64,000 nt of DNA from contig NW_026782580.1 in assembly GCF_031769215.1 (NCBI RefSeq), positions 682,001 through 746,000 of the forward strand, read 5' to 3'. Source of the DNA: Ylistrum balloti (taxonomy: Eukaryota). The notes under the pieces are model-generated. The model was not told the origin of the DNA and made no database searches. It saw only the letters and a list, made by a program, of their open reading frames with translations. A program made the translations under genes and the position numbers. Positions 37,701-52,700 of this stretch are shown here, in pieces; the stretch's first letter is position 1; each line of letters opens with the position of its first letter.

Positions 37701-40700
37701 CATCAGAACATTGCTAGATAAAAGTAACTCAGCATTTTAGGAATTAAATAACAGAAATGACTATGAAAAGAAGGTTATGGTAGATATTTGTGTATTAAGT
37801 GCCTTGTGTTTCTTATTAACTTTTACATAAGCATGTCAATTTTGGATTGCATAAATCCTGTACTTTTTTTACATACAGAAGATATTTTGAAATTGATAAA
37901 GTCACTGCAGCCAACTTCATGCATATTTTGACAGAGCATACAAGTGACCTCTTGAGACAAACCCACATGAATGTTATATATACTTGAATGTGTAAGAGAA
38001 ATACAATATCATAGTAGCTTTGGTGATCATATCACACTTACAGTAGTATCACATCCTCTTTATGGGGAAAAAGTCATGTGTATAACAACATAACTTTTAA
38101 TGTTTTTAAGAGGGGCAATTTAATGGTTATTTCACATAGATCAAGTAAAAAAAAATCGCAAATTTTTTATTTAATTTTTGTATAGGTTCAAACTCTTACA
38201 GTTTTTTACTGGAATTTGTGTCTTTGCTGAAATTTGGATAAATCAGTTGTATAAGTACCCTGACTTAATTAAATAAGAATATAATATGTAGCTTGCAGGT
38301 ACTTTCTACAAAGTGTGCCAATTAAGAATTACAGATGAACATTACATTTAGAAGGTATAGTGAGGCAGCTAAATCATAATTCTTATTTCTTTTCATTGCA
38401 GAGCCACCAACAAACAGATTCCAGAGAAGACAGTCAGGTATGTGTTTTTATGATTTTGTTTCATAAGAAATTATTTAAAAAAAAAAAAAAATGTCAATTT
38501 AAGAATCCAAAATAAATAAGACATGTCTATCAACTAGTTCTGAAAGTTAACCACAAACAGACTGCTAAGTGCTTCTGCAACAGATGTGTAACAATTTGGT
38601 GAATTTTTTTTATTAGGTTGAATTTTCAGTCATGTATGTATGTTCTTTATTTATTATTTCCTTTTTTTAACATTTGACATTACAATTAAAAACTTGACTG
38701 TGAACCTCCGATCATTTCAAATTGGCAGGCTGTTGGATTATGATTTTTTTTCTTCAATGAAAACAATAATTTTCTGTCTAATGATAGTTGGAACCCTTTC
38801 CATTCCTGTTTCACTACAATTTGAATCTATGAACACATCTAGTGATCGTGCATAGGCTTAACTTGTGATGGGGATAATAATTGCTCCATTTCATCATTAT
38901 TCTCACTGATGGTAAGCGCTGCCTGTAGAAGGTTGTAGATGCCCATCATAAGCAGTTGATACTGCCAATTGCATGTATATCAGTCACTTCGTTATCGTTA
39001 ATTCATTGTGATTTCTTTGAAGTCTTTTTACTGTCACATCATGTGCATGTCAGCAGACACAACTTGAGGACGTAACTCTGCATATTGTAAATCACTTAGA
39101 TTTCGTGAATACTTCTTTTCATGAACTTTCCTCTAATGACATATCGTTGAATGCAGGATTTTTCAAACACTGATCTAGAAATGTCATTGAATTTATATTG
39201 GCCACCATTTTGTTTACCACAGTCATATGACTGTACTTAAAAAACTGATTCAGTCATATGATAATGCTGTGTCCCTACAGAATTGTATTTACTTGAGTGC
39301 AGGCTAGTACGTAGACAAAAGAAATGAACATACTTTAATGTTTGAAACGTGAGTGAAGTTGTTTTCAAAGTAAGATGACGGGACTTCAATAGGCAAGACA
39401 TGTGCTGTACTTTAATGTTATTGTTCTTAATGTGTTGATACTAACTGTATAGTAGGTGCCTTAGTGGTAACATCCTTGATGGTTTTCTTACAGTTTATTT
39501 TGTAATTCAATATAGTAGATATTCTGCGTGTTATCAGCTCTGTTAACCTACATATTTTAGCACCTTTTTCCATACAAAATAGCATTAGTGATTTATAATT
39601 ACTTTTATTGTGGCACATATGCTTGACCTACTACCTCTGACCTATCGCTGCACATTTGAATGACACCATGTTGTGAATCTACAATATATGAGGGTGTCAT
39701 TTAAAAGTGCACAGAGTTCCAAAGATGTCGGAATATGAAAATAATACTTTGATATATGTGAAACAGATTTGTATGTGATTTTATGATGAGGATTATGTAT
39801 AAATTTGACAGTGGAATAACAAATATGTCATCTCGAGTCTTTATTTTCATACAAATAATTGTGAGGGATTTGAATTCCCGATTATTGGCTCACTTCATGT
39901 ATTAATGCAATAATAATTTTCCATGCAAAATTTAAGTGATTTACAATAACACGTGATCAGTCTATGCAAAGCATAAAAACTGGCAGGTTTGTTTTACAAG
40001 CATGATTTCTTATAATCTGAACAGGTCAGACGATATTTCGCGTTGTTTTGACTGACCAATGGTTTACAATATTGGTAGTTATATTTATAAGCTTAAGTGT
40101 AACATTAGTGTATATTAGTCTAAAATTGTTTGAGGTTTACTTGGTGAGAAACTTATGACAGGCCACAGTTGACACAATAATGTCAGATAAAAAATCGACC
40201 AACCAGTGGCCTTTTATATCAAAGGAGTACTTTATACAAGACTTAAACCTGACAGAGTACATGACTATGTTTGGTCTTTTGATCACTTTGACAATGTATT
40301 TACCAGGGGTGTAGTGATATGTCTGAAGCATATAGTGATGTATGAGACTTTATCACAATATGTATCATGATATATCATCTTTCATAATTTTGATATGAAT
40401 TGTGTTGCTCTGTTCTAAAAGAGACAACACCATCTTGTCACCTACTGATACAACTCACTCACATTAATTTTCACAAGCACTTATTAAGAGTATCCCAAAT
40501 GTTTCATTTTTACAAATGTCTTAAGTTAAAAAAAAATTGAATGGGCATTTATTCTCCCATGATATATACATTTGCTGAATAATGCTGTCTCATGAAACAG
40601 ACCTATCCTACAATAAAGTTGACAGACTGGTGTCTCAATAGGGCTGTCTGAAAATACAGACTTGTCCCTCAATAAGGTTGATAGACTGGCCAGTCAATAA

Positions 40701-43700
40701 GGCTATCTATGATACAGACTTGTCCCTCAATGAGGTTGACAGGCTGGCACGTCAATAAGGCTGCCTATGATACAGACTTGTCCCTCAATAAGGTTGATAG
40801 ACTTACCTGTCAATAAGGTTGTCTATGATACAGACTTGTCCCTCAATAAGGTTGATAGACTTACCTGTCAATAAGGCTGTCTATGATACAGACTTGTCCC
40901 TCAATAAGGTTGATAGACTGGCCTGTCAATATGGTTGTCTGTGATACAGACTTGTCCCTCAATAAGGTTGACAGACTGGCCTGTCAATAAGGCTGTCTGA
41001 TGACACAGACTTGTCCCTCATTAAGGTTGACAGACTGACCTTTCAACAAGCTTGTCTGTTATACAGACTTGTCCCTCAATAAGGTTGGTAGACTGGCTGG
41101 TCAATAAGATTGTCTATTATACAGACTTGTCCCTCAATAAGGTTGACAGACTGAACTTTCATCAAGCTTGTCTATGATACAGACTTGTCCTTCAATAAGG
41201 TTGATAGACTGGCCGGTCAATAAGGTTGTCTATGATACAGACTTGTCCCTCAATAAGGTTGACAGACTGGCCTGTCAATAAGGCTGTCTGATGACACAGA
41301 CTTGTCCCTCAATAAGGTTGACAGACTGACCTTTCAACAAGCTTGTCTGTTATACAGACTTGTTCCTCAATAAGGTCGACAGACTGGCCTGTCAATAAGG
41401 CTGTCTATGATACAGACTGGTCCCATTTACTATGTAATAACACATGATGGAGGCATAATTGAATTATTTCTTCCTTTACAGTGTCTGCAGAAAGATATGA
41501 CCCAGAGGCAGACTCTGATGAGGGTGAAGACAAGGTCAGTATACAAATACATTAATTCTTGGGGTGTAACATGTCAGGATCACAAGACAGTGTTAAGTGA
41601 CCAGGAGACGGGCCATGGTTATTAATAATCAGGAGTCAAATTATAGTCAGATTTCCATGTTTGAAAGGCTGCCTTCACTTCAAAATTTTTATAAAGCTTG
41701 TGAGCTCGGGTTCGTCTTCTTTGGAATAAGATTGAAAAGATTTTGTTGATTAAATAACATTGATTTAAATATGATTTCTTTAGAGACATCATTGATTGTA
41801 AAAAAAAGCAAGGCTGTCCTGCTTTACTTACTTCAATAATAATCTTAAGTAAATGCTTATTTCAACCTTATTTTGTTATCTATCATTTCATATCGTCAAA
41901 CCATATTTACCTGATTTTTGCACTGATCAAAAGTTTCTTTGACCACTATGAACGAAATCACTGTCTTCAGTTTTGTTAACTGTGTGTGAAATCGCGCCAG
42001 GCAGTCCCCCAATACTTTCCATCTCACTCTGTGTCAACAAATTAGAAATTTGATTCTTAACAAAAATTGTAGCATGTACAATTGCTGTCAGTTTCATTCT
42101 CTTTGCTGTTTTTTTCATGGAGCACCTTCATCAGGGCAGTCCATGTTATAGTTATTAAGTTTGGAATAGTAATCAAGTCTCGTGTCTTATCGAAGCCCTG
42201 ATACACATGATACATCAAAAAGCTCTAAATCATTTTTCATTCACTTATAAGCCAATTTAGTTATTAGCATTGCTTTTGATCTTCAGAATATTGAAAATCA
42301 ATATAGATATATCATTATTTTTTCAAATAGACTGTTGCTGATGTCTTCATGTCAGCTCTTTCAGGAAAATTAGGGAGATTGCAGTAAAGTTGTATTTCTT
42401 AACCATAATTCAAATTCCTGTGTACAAATTGAGTTTCCTATCTTTTCATAACAATAATCCATGCCAATTATCAACAAAAGCCAGGGTTTCTTAACATTTA
42501 AATGTGATAAAAAGGAGCTCACTACAACTGACTAGACATTTAAAAATTTGATTATAAAGTGTTCACGATAGCTATGAGTTTATGACCCATCAAAGCCAGG
42601 TGAAATCAACATTCCCATGTTGGTTATTTAGCCATTTACTCAAGCTCCAGTTATCTAATCTAAAGAAATAGCGCTGTGCTGATAATTAGTCTCAGTCATA
42701 GATACAAATGTGAGTATTTGAAGTTAAAATGGAAATACATGGATACTGTGATGTTTTGTATATACTACAATCTACCACAGGACTTAAATTATGTGACATT
42801 TGTTGACCTATATACTGAAATTTTTTATGATTTACATGATTAAGTTATGTAGCAGTACACAAAAAAGACCACCATTTTATGACTTTAATGTTGATTAAAA
42901 TTGATGGATAATTTAACTGTAGACATTCATTTTAGTGAATCCAGGGCTTTTTTATCCACTCTAATATTATGAAAGGGCTTTTTTTCTCATTGATTGAAAT
43001 TGATCAGTTGGGAAGGAAGTTTTAAGAAGTAAATAATGTATTTTGGGAATTTGGCCATGTAATGACATAAATCCCTTTGGGAGTGGGGCCTATAGTTTGC
43101 TCGACATAGCCCCATGGTGAAGGGGCCCATAGTTTGCCCAACAGAGCCCCATGGTGAACTATGTATATTGTTATGGTTTTCTAAATTTGATGAACAATTT
43201 TGACATCTGGTGTAACTTTTTAAAATGTTTTAATATTTGTTATATTAGTTAGTCATCACTGATTCAACCTGGATGTGATTCAATATTTGACTTTTAAGCA
43301 GTTGTGAATATGAAGCATTGTAATTTAAAAGTTATAGAAATCAGCACAATCTTAAATAGAGGGTATTTGCTTATGTGTAAAATATCTAAAGTTTCCCCCC
43401 CCCATGAGGGGATAGATCTGGAACTGTTATTTATCAAGAAACAATGAATCTTGTATTTACTACATTTTTCACACTTTTCATTGATGCCAATTTGAGCATG
43501 CCACTCTGTCTATACCTGATATGAGTGCGCTAGTTTCACATAGATTTATGACAGATCTTCAGTATTATTTGACATAAGTATATACAGTATACAAAACATT
43601 CTAATGATCAAATTCTTATTGACCAGTATCAATACCTTACATTAAGGCCAGGGTTTCTTAGGACTATACTAGAGTCGTCTTTCTTGAATTTGCAATGCAC

Positions 43701-46700
43701 TCTAGGAGAATAGATAGTTTCACTACAAATGAAGTGATCTGAAAAATGAGTGACAATATCACCTATATTTTTACTATAAAACCATATATTGCACTGGAAA
43801 AAAATGTATTAAGACATATTGTTTGTTTCAGGTATCATTCTAGAGTTAAATCACCAAAACAACCCTGCAAATTGAACACTTTATGTGATGCTTTTTCATG
43901 TCTTACAACATAGCCATGGCTTCTGTCCACTACAAAGTGTAGTGTAGTTAGATGGCTTGTGGTACTTGAGCCACAACTACATGTAGTATTTTGTTTCAGA
44001 TTGTTTACCCAAAGTCTGATGAGCAGCGAAAGAGGCTGAGTGAGGCAGTTCGTTGCATCCTTCTTTTCCGGTCACTTGATGTTGTAAGTATTCACAATCT
44101 TCCACAAAGTTTCCATCACTTTAGACAAATAGTGTGAGGATGTTTTCATCTATAGCGCAATGTCTACCAACCCAGTCATTCATCTGTAAACATTAGAAGC
44201 AATAACTGCTAGTATCAGTTCCAGTCAGAAAATGCTTTATATAACGGAACAACCAAGACATGTCTTCAACGTCGAATGATTGGCTGAATGAAATAGTAGC
44301 CTTAGTTACCATGCTCTTCTTCCTGCAAGAATTGCAGTTGAAGTATTTAGGAAAACTCTTACGTCATCATCTCATTATAGTAATCAATTTTTCTATACGT
44401 AGGTGAAAGCTCAAATTTAACTGCTAAAAGCTGATGGGAAGGATGTTTCTTGATGTGTAATCAGCAATTGTAGCTCATATTTTAACAGCATAGAAAAGGA
44501 ACTTGAACTCTATCAAGGTCAAGGGTAAAAGGTCACCTCTGTTTGCTGCTGAAATCATTATTATTTGCCCTACAGGAATATTATGTTTAACTTATATGTT
44601 GATATATGAGATGATTTTAAACTGATTTAAATATTTTCTACTTCAGGAACAGATGCAGGAAGTGTTAGATGCTATGTTTGAAAAGAAGGTAAGCCAATAT
44701 AGTACAAAGAAGCATGATTAGCAGTGATAAATCTACATGGGCGTCCAGAGTTCTTTACTCATAGAATTTTGATGGGACTTTAAGAATTTCTGGAAATACA
44801 TAAATTTTACATTGTGGGATCCATTGTTTTTAGCAATAAAGTTGAAAAGGACTCCTGAAAATAAATTGTAGATTGATTACTGGATTAGGTGTTGTGAAAC
44901 GGAACCAGATGGTTGTAATATCTGATTAATACCACATTGGGTAATACAGAATTTAACAATTACAAATACACAATATTTGTTGCTTGGTTTTTCCTTTTGA
45001 AAAATCATGAAATGAAAATGTTTCTGGTGACATAATTAAGTAGGAAGCTATTGCTGGCTGCATCACGAAAGTATAAAATTGTTCAATATCCCAACCATGT
45101 ATCTGTTGTTAAGTGCAGCTTCAACCGGTAGCACCTGTCAATTTGGTTTTTTGTACATGTTTGTCCACAAAAACAATGTAGAATTCTGGGATAGATTGCT
45201 ATCTCCTTGTAGAGAAAAGTTTACAAAAGCCTGAAAAACAACCATTACTGTAATTACATCAACAGCATATCAGTGTGTTTGTTCTGAGCAAGTTTGCATT
45301 AGAAAGTTCTGTACAATTGTCGTGTACACGTGATGTGAAATGATGGAGGTATAATTAGTTAACACAATACCATGTCAGTCATTCAATCAAAGAAACTTGG
45401 TGTAATTAAGACATTTTATACATGCACAGTAGCTTGCAGTGATATACCCCAACATCAAACTAATTAATGTTAACTGGATCTCAAACTGACACCAGACAAA
45501 TATAACAGAATGACTTTATCATGTCCTTATTCAAATTATTCAATTATTGCAGTTTTATAGATGGCCTCAAGCTCTTTCAAATCAGTATTGACCCAATATA
45601 TATGTAATTACAAAATCTTTATTTTTTCTTTATAAAAACTGGGATAAACATTTGAAATCAGCTGATTGCTGAAATAATATGTCCATGAAATAAGTCACTA
45701 TTGATCTGTGCACCTGGCATCTTTTGAAAGCTTTGTTTATTCAACAAAATCAAATTTCATGAAAAAAATCATAGAAAAGCACATGAAATATTCTAATGTA
45801 ATCCATTGTCAACTTGATATTCCATTAAATCCTCGTTCTCTTTGAGTACATCTGAAGTCAGTGATATTTTGATGTGAAATCAGAACTTTTCATATCTTTA
45901 CTTTTTTCTGGCCTTTGGCACTTTGATTCAAGATCATGATGGATTTTTAAATGTGTTTTGGAATAGAAAAGGAAATAGGACACTGAACATAATAGTGTTT
46001 TGGGCAGCACTAAACTGAAAATCAAGCTTCGAGCTTATACTTTTAAAGCTTGTCCCTTTCTCAGACAGATGAGCACACTTGTCTTTGAGTATACATGCTG
46101 GGGAAGTGTTGCTGATGTGTCTGTGATACTGGACTCTAGTTGTTAGGTGTACAATATGTCACATTTACTACTTTGTGTCTATCACAATTTGGTTTAAAAG
46201 TGTCTTTGTATTGCTTCTTGTGACCCATGACATTTCTATTTAACCCAAGGAACTGACAGTCCTAGGAAATATGTTGAGGGTTTCTGTTTATGGATTACAG
46301 CCAGGATATAGGATAGTTATAGCTAGGTCTGACTTCAAATCTAATAGGTTTGGGAATGGTTGAGTAAGTGTGGGGTCTTCTCTGGTGCTGAATAGACATT
46401 TACAGTGAATCGATTGATTGGAAATGAGGGAGTATTGGTTTCCTGGTAAGTGTCGTTGTACAGGGCTTGGATGTCAGCTCAGTAGGCTTCTTGGTCAGTG
46501 TGGTCTGTGCAAGGCTCAGTAATAGTCATTTTGGTCATACAGGGCCTGGTTGTCAGCTTGGTGGGCTTCTTGGTCAGTGTGGTCTGTGCAAGGCTCAGTA
46601 ATGGTCATTTTGGTCATACAAGGCCTGGTTGTCGGCTCTGTAGGCTTCTTTGTTAGCTTCTTGGTTATTGTGGTCTGTGCAAGGCTCAGTAATGGTCATT

Positions 46701-49700
46701 TTGGTCATACAAGGCCTGGTTGTCCGCTCAGTAGGCTTCTTGGTCAGTGTGGTCTATGCAAGGCTCAGTAATGGTCATTGTGGTCTTGCAGTGCTTGTTG
46801 GTAAGCTAAGTAGGTTTCATTATCAGTTTCAATGCAGAGTTTATTGGTCAGCTTTGTAGATTCTCTGTTACAGATGAAGGGATCATTCCCACAAGGGAAC
46901 TCACTGTTTTTTAAATAGAAAATACTAGGGGGTAAGGTCATAGATGCAAAAGTTTCTTATATTAGGCCTCTTTTGATATTTCTTCTGTTATATAACTACA
47001 AAACTTAGTAAGCACTGTTCCTTTGGTTTTTGCTTATAGATAAATTTTGATTTGATTATGATCAAACAATGGTGTTATATGATGCTGGTAATACCAAAAT
47101 ATTGTGATTATATCCTGTTTCAAATTCTACTGATTTAGAAACAGTATGGTCTTAAACTTGTTGGGTAGTTGAAATAGATTGGTAACAATGAAAATTGCCC
47201 TTCAGACTGCCATATTGGACATTTTTCCCATGAAGTTCCTGCTTTTATCAAAAACCACTACAGGAGTTGCTTCCTATTGGTTCAAAATCTATTTTCAATG
47301 GATAAAAACATGAGATGTAGGATAGGCAAGATAAACCCCTTAAAGATCCTTGGTGATCTGCCTCTCAAGAACCTATGTTGCAAATCACTCCAAGAGGAAA
47401 AGAAGCTATATAAGTACATATTAGCAAACCTTCAGGATCTGTCGGTTTTCCAGAACATCACCATTCCTTAGCAGATTTGCTGACACATGATATTATCAAC
47501 AAAATCTGGTATTTTCACACATTTATCAGTGGTGTGAAGCAATATTGCATTATCTTTCGACAACAGACTTGATGATAAGGTCAGTGCTACATTATTTTAA
47601 AGGTTGAAGTTATATCTAGCCAGACAATAACACAACTTGGATGCTGATGTTTTTTTTCTCAAGAGTTCCTGACTTCTTTTAGGTTCTAATATTGATAATG
47701 TGCTGTAAGTTTTGAACATTAATGTGAAGTTTTGATTTTTAGAATTGATGATATTTTTTCTCTTTTATTTTGTTCAGACTTCCAGCTGGTCTTACACTAT
47801 CAGCCATGAAATATGGTGTAATATAGTGCAGGGCTTATATTTACAAAGTTGTTGCCAGTCTTAAATATAGAGGTTCTGATGAAGTGAAAGTTACCTTCAA
47901 TATCTATTATACTGTTAGGTCAAAGATTTACAAATTTTGGACAGTGAGTTAAAGATGTGTTAAGATATTATCAATAACTGCACCTAACAAAACTATTTTA
48001 GCGTGAGTTAATGGCTGATTATTGGCAAGAAGGTTTAACACTGGCCTTTGTGCTGGTATTTAATGCAGAACTGGGTTTTGAGCCAATACTTTTCAGTGCA
48101 AGTGATCATTAGATGGTTTTCATGCCTATTGGACTATCAGTTTTGGCATTAAACAGGGCTAAATATGTATTGTTGTATAACTATTGTTTTTGTATACAAA
48201 TATTTCATATGCCTGATTTTCAATGGTCATTAAATCAGTACATTTTGAATGTAAAGCTTCGCACATTGTGTTTATGGTTCATATTAAATGTAATGCCTGA
48301 CTGGAAAAGAGCCTTAACCTCACACAAGTATCACAAGATTTCAACCCCTTTGCTATCCAGGAATATTTATTCTAAAAAAAAACTTGATTTGAAAAACAAA
48401 ATAACAAACGGTTGCTATCTTTGGTTTTGGCATTTCCATACAAATTGTTACTGTTATTCATCAGAAAATATTGAAGGGATCCTTCGCTTGAAACCAAGAT
48501 TCCCCTGGGGTCTTTCGTTGATGTATGCCATGTTGAAATATATTAATTCATGCTATTTTTGACAAACTTTTCTGGGTTATATCCCTTTACGTCAGAGGTA
48601 TAATATACATGCATATCGATTAAATGCTATTGGAAGATGTTTAACATAGTGACTACGGTATTCAGTGATCGTGCTCTATACAGCTTAGATCAAACCCTTG
48701 AGACGTGGGACGAATGAGATTAACTCGGCTTTACCTCTAATAATACCATTTAAAGTCACACTAAAGTACATTAATGGATTCTCTGTGTTGCCCTTGTATT
48801 CACATTACAATAACATTGGCTGTAGGTCTGTTATCAGGTGGTCAGCCACCTCTTACCTGCTCCATGGCCACATATTTGTGTACATTTATAGATAGTATGT
48901 TGACAATTCCAGTCTCTCATTTTAGGGGACATCTCAAAACCATTCAAAATATTTATTGTTTACATTTCCTCTGTTACATATAGGTATGTATGTGACAGTA
49001 TATATTATGGTATGGTGTGGGCTGGTGGCAGGTGGTGTCAACAATGTTTTGTTGAGACCATATAACTTCATAGCTGTTTTTCCGAGCCTACATTTACCAA
49101 ACATTCCACACTTAATGGGAAGGCTGAAATTGTCTCCCATGCTCCACTTTTCACAGAGTTGATATTTTAACTTTGTCTTGCTGAAAACCTTGGCAGTTTT
49201 TTACCTACACAAAATGTTTCTATACTTTGTACATACTTTACCAGTTGCCCTTGAATGGAGTTACAGCCCTTTGCTTACATGATTTTCTGTCTTAGTCAGA
49301 GATACCATGGATGTTGATATGGTTGCACTTTCAAAACTGATATTTGAATTGTGTAATTCTCATTACATAATACAGTATGATCTTTTATTATCATTTATGA
49401 TTGAAAGAAATTAAAAAAGAAAAAAAAGCACTTAAAAAAAATTAAATGCATGATTATAAAGATAACTGTGGCCTGTTTCAGAATTAATGGGGGAAAAGGG
49501 AAAAAATGATCTTTCGTCAAATATTGGCTAACATGTGAAAATTTGAACTGATGTTAACAACAATCATTATGACAGCAAAACACCAACAATAACAAAATTA
49601 CAAACTTTTAAGAAAAAATCCTGCCATCTTTCAAAACAGTGTTATTAATGCATAAGGTCACTATGAAACAAACATGTACTGTACAAAAAACTTTCAAAAA

Positions 49701-52700
49701 AAGGTACAGGCAAGGTGTTCCTGACACTATTCAGATTGAGATTTGTATCAACCACAAACTAGCATTGCTCTAGGTTGAAGTTAATTCACCAAGATGGGAC
49801 ATCTTGGCGGGAGTCACAGGATAATGGGATCACTGACATCTATTTTTTGTGGTCTATCTAAAAATGTCAACAGGTGACAATCAGTTAGTGACATCATAAA
49901 TATGATCATAATTCACCTTTGTACCATGATTCTGTTGATATTTGTAAAAATGGTTAAGTAAAGTAAAGATAAATTTTCCTCAATCGCCAGCAGCACGTGT
50001 TCATTGTTTGTCACAATCAAGGGCACTTCTAACTATATTTCTTGAAATATTAAATAAAGTCAGTGACATTGACAGCTTTGCACACCTGTGGAGGTTTAAA
50101 ACAAATACCATGGGTAATACTGAAGTTTCATCAGACATTTTTGCCTAAAATACCTTCAAAGAAGTTAGTGACATTTATAAATATGTATTGTTAATATGAT
50201 TGTACAATGTACTACATCCTTGTGCCAAATTTCATATTGATATTTGTAAAATTGGTTGAGTTCAGAGACAGATAAATGATTTTGATTGCTGACTGTACAT
50301 ATGTGTATTGTGTATCACACTTGGGAGCAGCGTCCTCTTGTTGTTAATAGTTGAACTGAGGAATAGGATCAGTTACAGAAGAAAATTTATACCTTTATCA
50401 CTTGATGACTTTTATCAGAGACATATATAACACATAAATGTCTCTGGTTTTATATTCCCCATCACAAAATATTATGCATTATTTGATTTTATCCGAAGAA
50501 TATTTTGAGAACTGTTTTTTAATAACAATAAATAGGCATTTTCAGGCTTGGAAAAAAAGCTAAAGCTAGTAAAAGCCTACAGTATTTTCCAAATTATAAA
50601 CTGCTGTTTTTTTTCCTCCGTGGTTGGGTATGAGGCTTGTATACTGATTCGGCTTATATGTTGAAGAATATAAAATGGCAGAATGAAATTTTTTTTTTTT
50701 TCGAAAATGAAGCATATCCTCTGGACATCAGTTCCGGACCATTGTGTATTTTTGAATGGCCATCTTGTCAAGACGTATCACTTGCACTATTGACCTGCAT
50801 GACCTCACATCCTGATAATTTTGGTTGCTGTAGCATGTCATGCTTCCAGAAAGAATAAAAAATAGTGGTCAGTAATAATTTTTTTATGAGTACCTGTCCA
50901 TCACGTGTTTGTAACTGAAACAGATCATCTAGAAATGTCATTTGCAACATATACTGGAGACTGGAAGATTTTAAGATTTAGATAAAATAATATTCTTGTG
51001 GATTTAATTAATTATAGATTTTAATATGAATCACAATAATATCGTTTGAACTTTCCTGGTTGCTTCGTAAGTCATAGCAGAAGTTTATAATAACCTGTTG
51101 CATCCTGGGATGGATAGGTCATCTGGTCTCATTCTAGAATGACTGCCATACTTGTTTATGATAATAATGGCTTTGTGTAACTTAAAAGAAATAATATGGG
51201 ACTATTTGAATTTTGTCAGCAAGCAAGGGCCTTTGCTTACGTTTTACAGTGCAGACACTGATGGAATTATTGTTAAGTAACCATACATAACAACAGACCC
51301 TATATCTGTTACAATCTCTGAAAGCTCCCAAGGCAAATGAGTTTGATAATTGCTGTTTTACGGTTTTGAAAAGCATCAATAAAATAAACAATTATCTGTG
51401 TATAATTCATTTGCAAACTTATATCAAAAATGTTTCACTGACAATCTTGCCTTCCGTTGACTGTTATATCAACAAACTTTGGTCAACATAATGGTTACGA
51501 CATTGTAAGAAACAGTTGGCATATATTCCAGTGCAGCTAATATCTAGATCAAATTGAAAAAATTGTTAAAAATTGGCTCTGCGGCTGACATAACGCTGCA
51601 GTTTATAACTTAGAAAATATGGTATATCAATGGCTAGGTCAAACTTTGCCTACTCGAGTGTTTATCACTATTCATTTATGCATTGTGGGTCTTTGCATGC
51701 ATTTAATAAGTCATTATTTTCATATCCATGCTACACATGATTAGAAGATCTGCTATACATCTATGAGATATTCGGACAGAATATGTCTCTAAATCCCAAT
51801 AATGATACACACCAAGAAATGTTTACTTTTACCTATCACAGGTATCATATGTCAGGGATGCAAGCATGAATGTGAGGGTGCATTCAAAAGGTACAAATCT
51901 TTAATGATCAGAATTGAAAAAGAATAAATAACATATCAGTTTAATGTGTTATTTATTAACTCTGCTGTATATTTTCATGTATCTCTGATTGAATAACTGA
52001 AATGATTTTTAGGTTTAGGAAATAATGTAGAGTGTTCTTATCAGACAAACAAAGGAAAGGAAACAGCATTAGAAATTGATTCTGCTGTGTGTTTACTTTG
52101 ATGAAATGAAACTGTTTTCTTCAGACACTTTTGATTGATTTAAGATTCACAACTAATATTTATGTAGCTCGCTCGTCCCTTCAACATGTATGCAATGTCC
52201 ATGTAACATCGAACCTGGGTTTCGGTGTGTGCATAATATTTTCGTAATGGCAGTACACAATAATTGGATGCGTGTGAACGTCCAATTCCTGTGGTAATAG
52301 GGCATGCCACATAACTTAGGTTTTTGATGTTCTGAGTTCAGTATCTCATTCCAATGCTAGTGAGAGGGTCTTGATTTTGATCTTTAACTTGTTTAAGTGA
52401 ATTGTACATTTTACTTCTTTGGCTGTTCTATAATAGAGTTGGATTGTTTTGCATTTGAAGGATTGTATCTCATAGGTAAAGTTACAAATGTGTATCTATA
52501 TATTATCAACATGTTTGTCCCATTTAGTTATTTCAGTACTTTGATTAAATCCACAAACACATAACAAATGTGATTTTAAAGGGGGCAAGGCAAAAACTTT
52601 CAAAAGCACCTGTATGTGAAACTAGTGGCCTGGTTAAAGGTACTCCTCTTCATGAGGAATTCAATTGGTTGGGAAATTCGTTTTAGTATTTTCTAAACCA

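Noticed and set aside
40597-41534. 58-bp array derived from PRKAR2 exon 3
   Set aside because: Only scattered short matches needing large gaps; not comparable to the clear exon-9 case.
46550-46859. Hydrophobic 69-73 aa ORFs
   Set aside because: Translations of the 79-bp (non-3n) intronic repeat.
48113-48562. 149-aa plus-strand ORF and a minus-strand LMNNS..LYG string reminiscent of a Maverick PolB motif
   Set aside because: No surrounding family motifs; AT-rich low-information match inside an intron.
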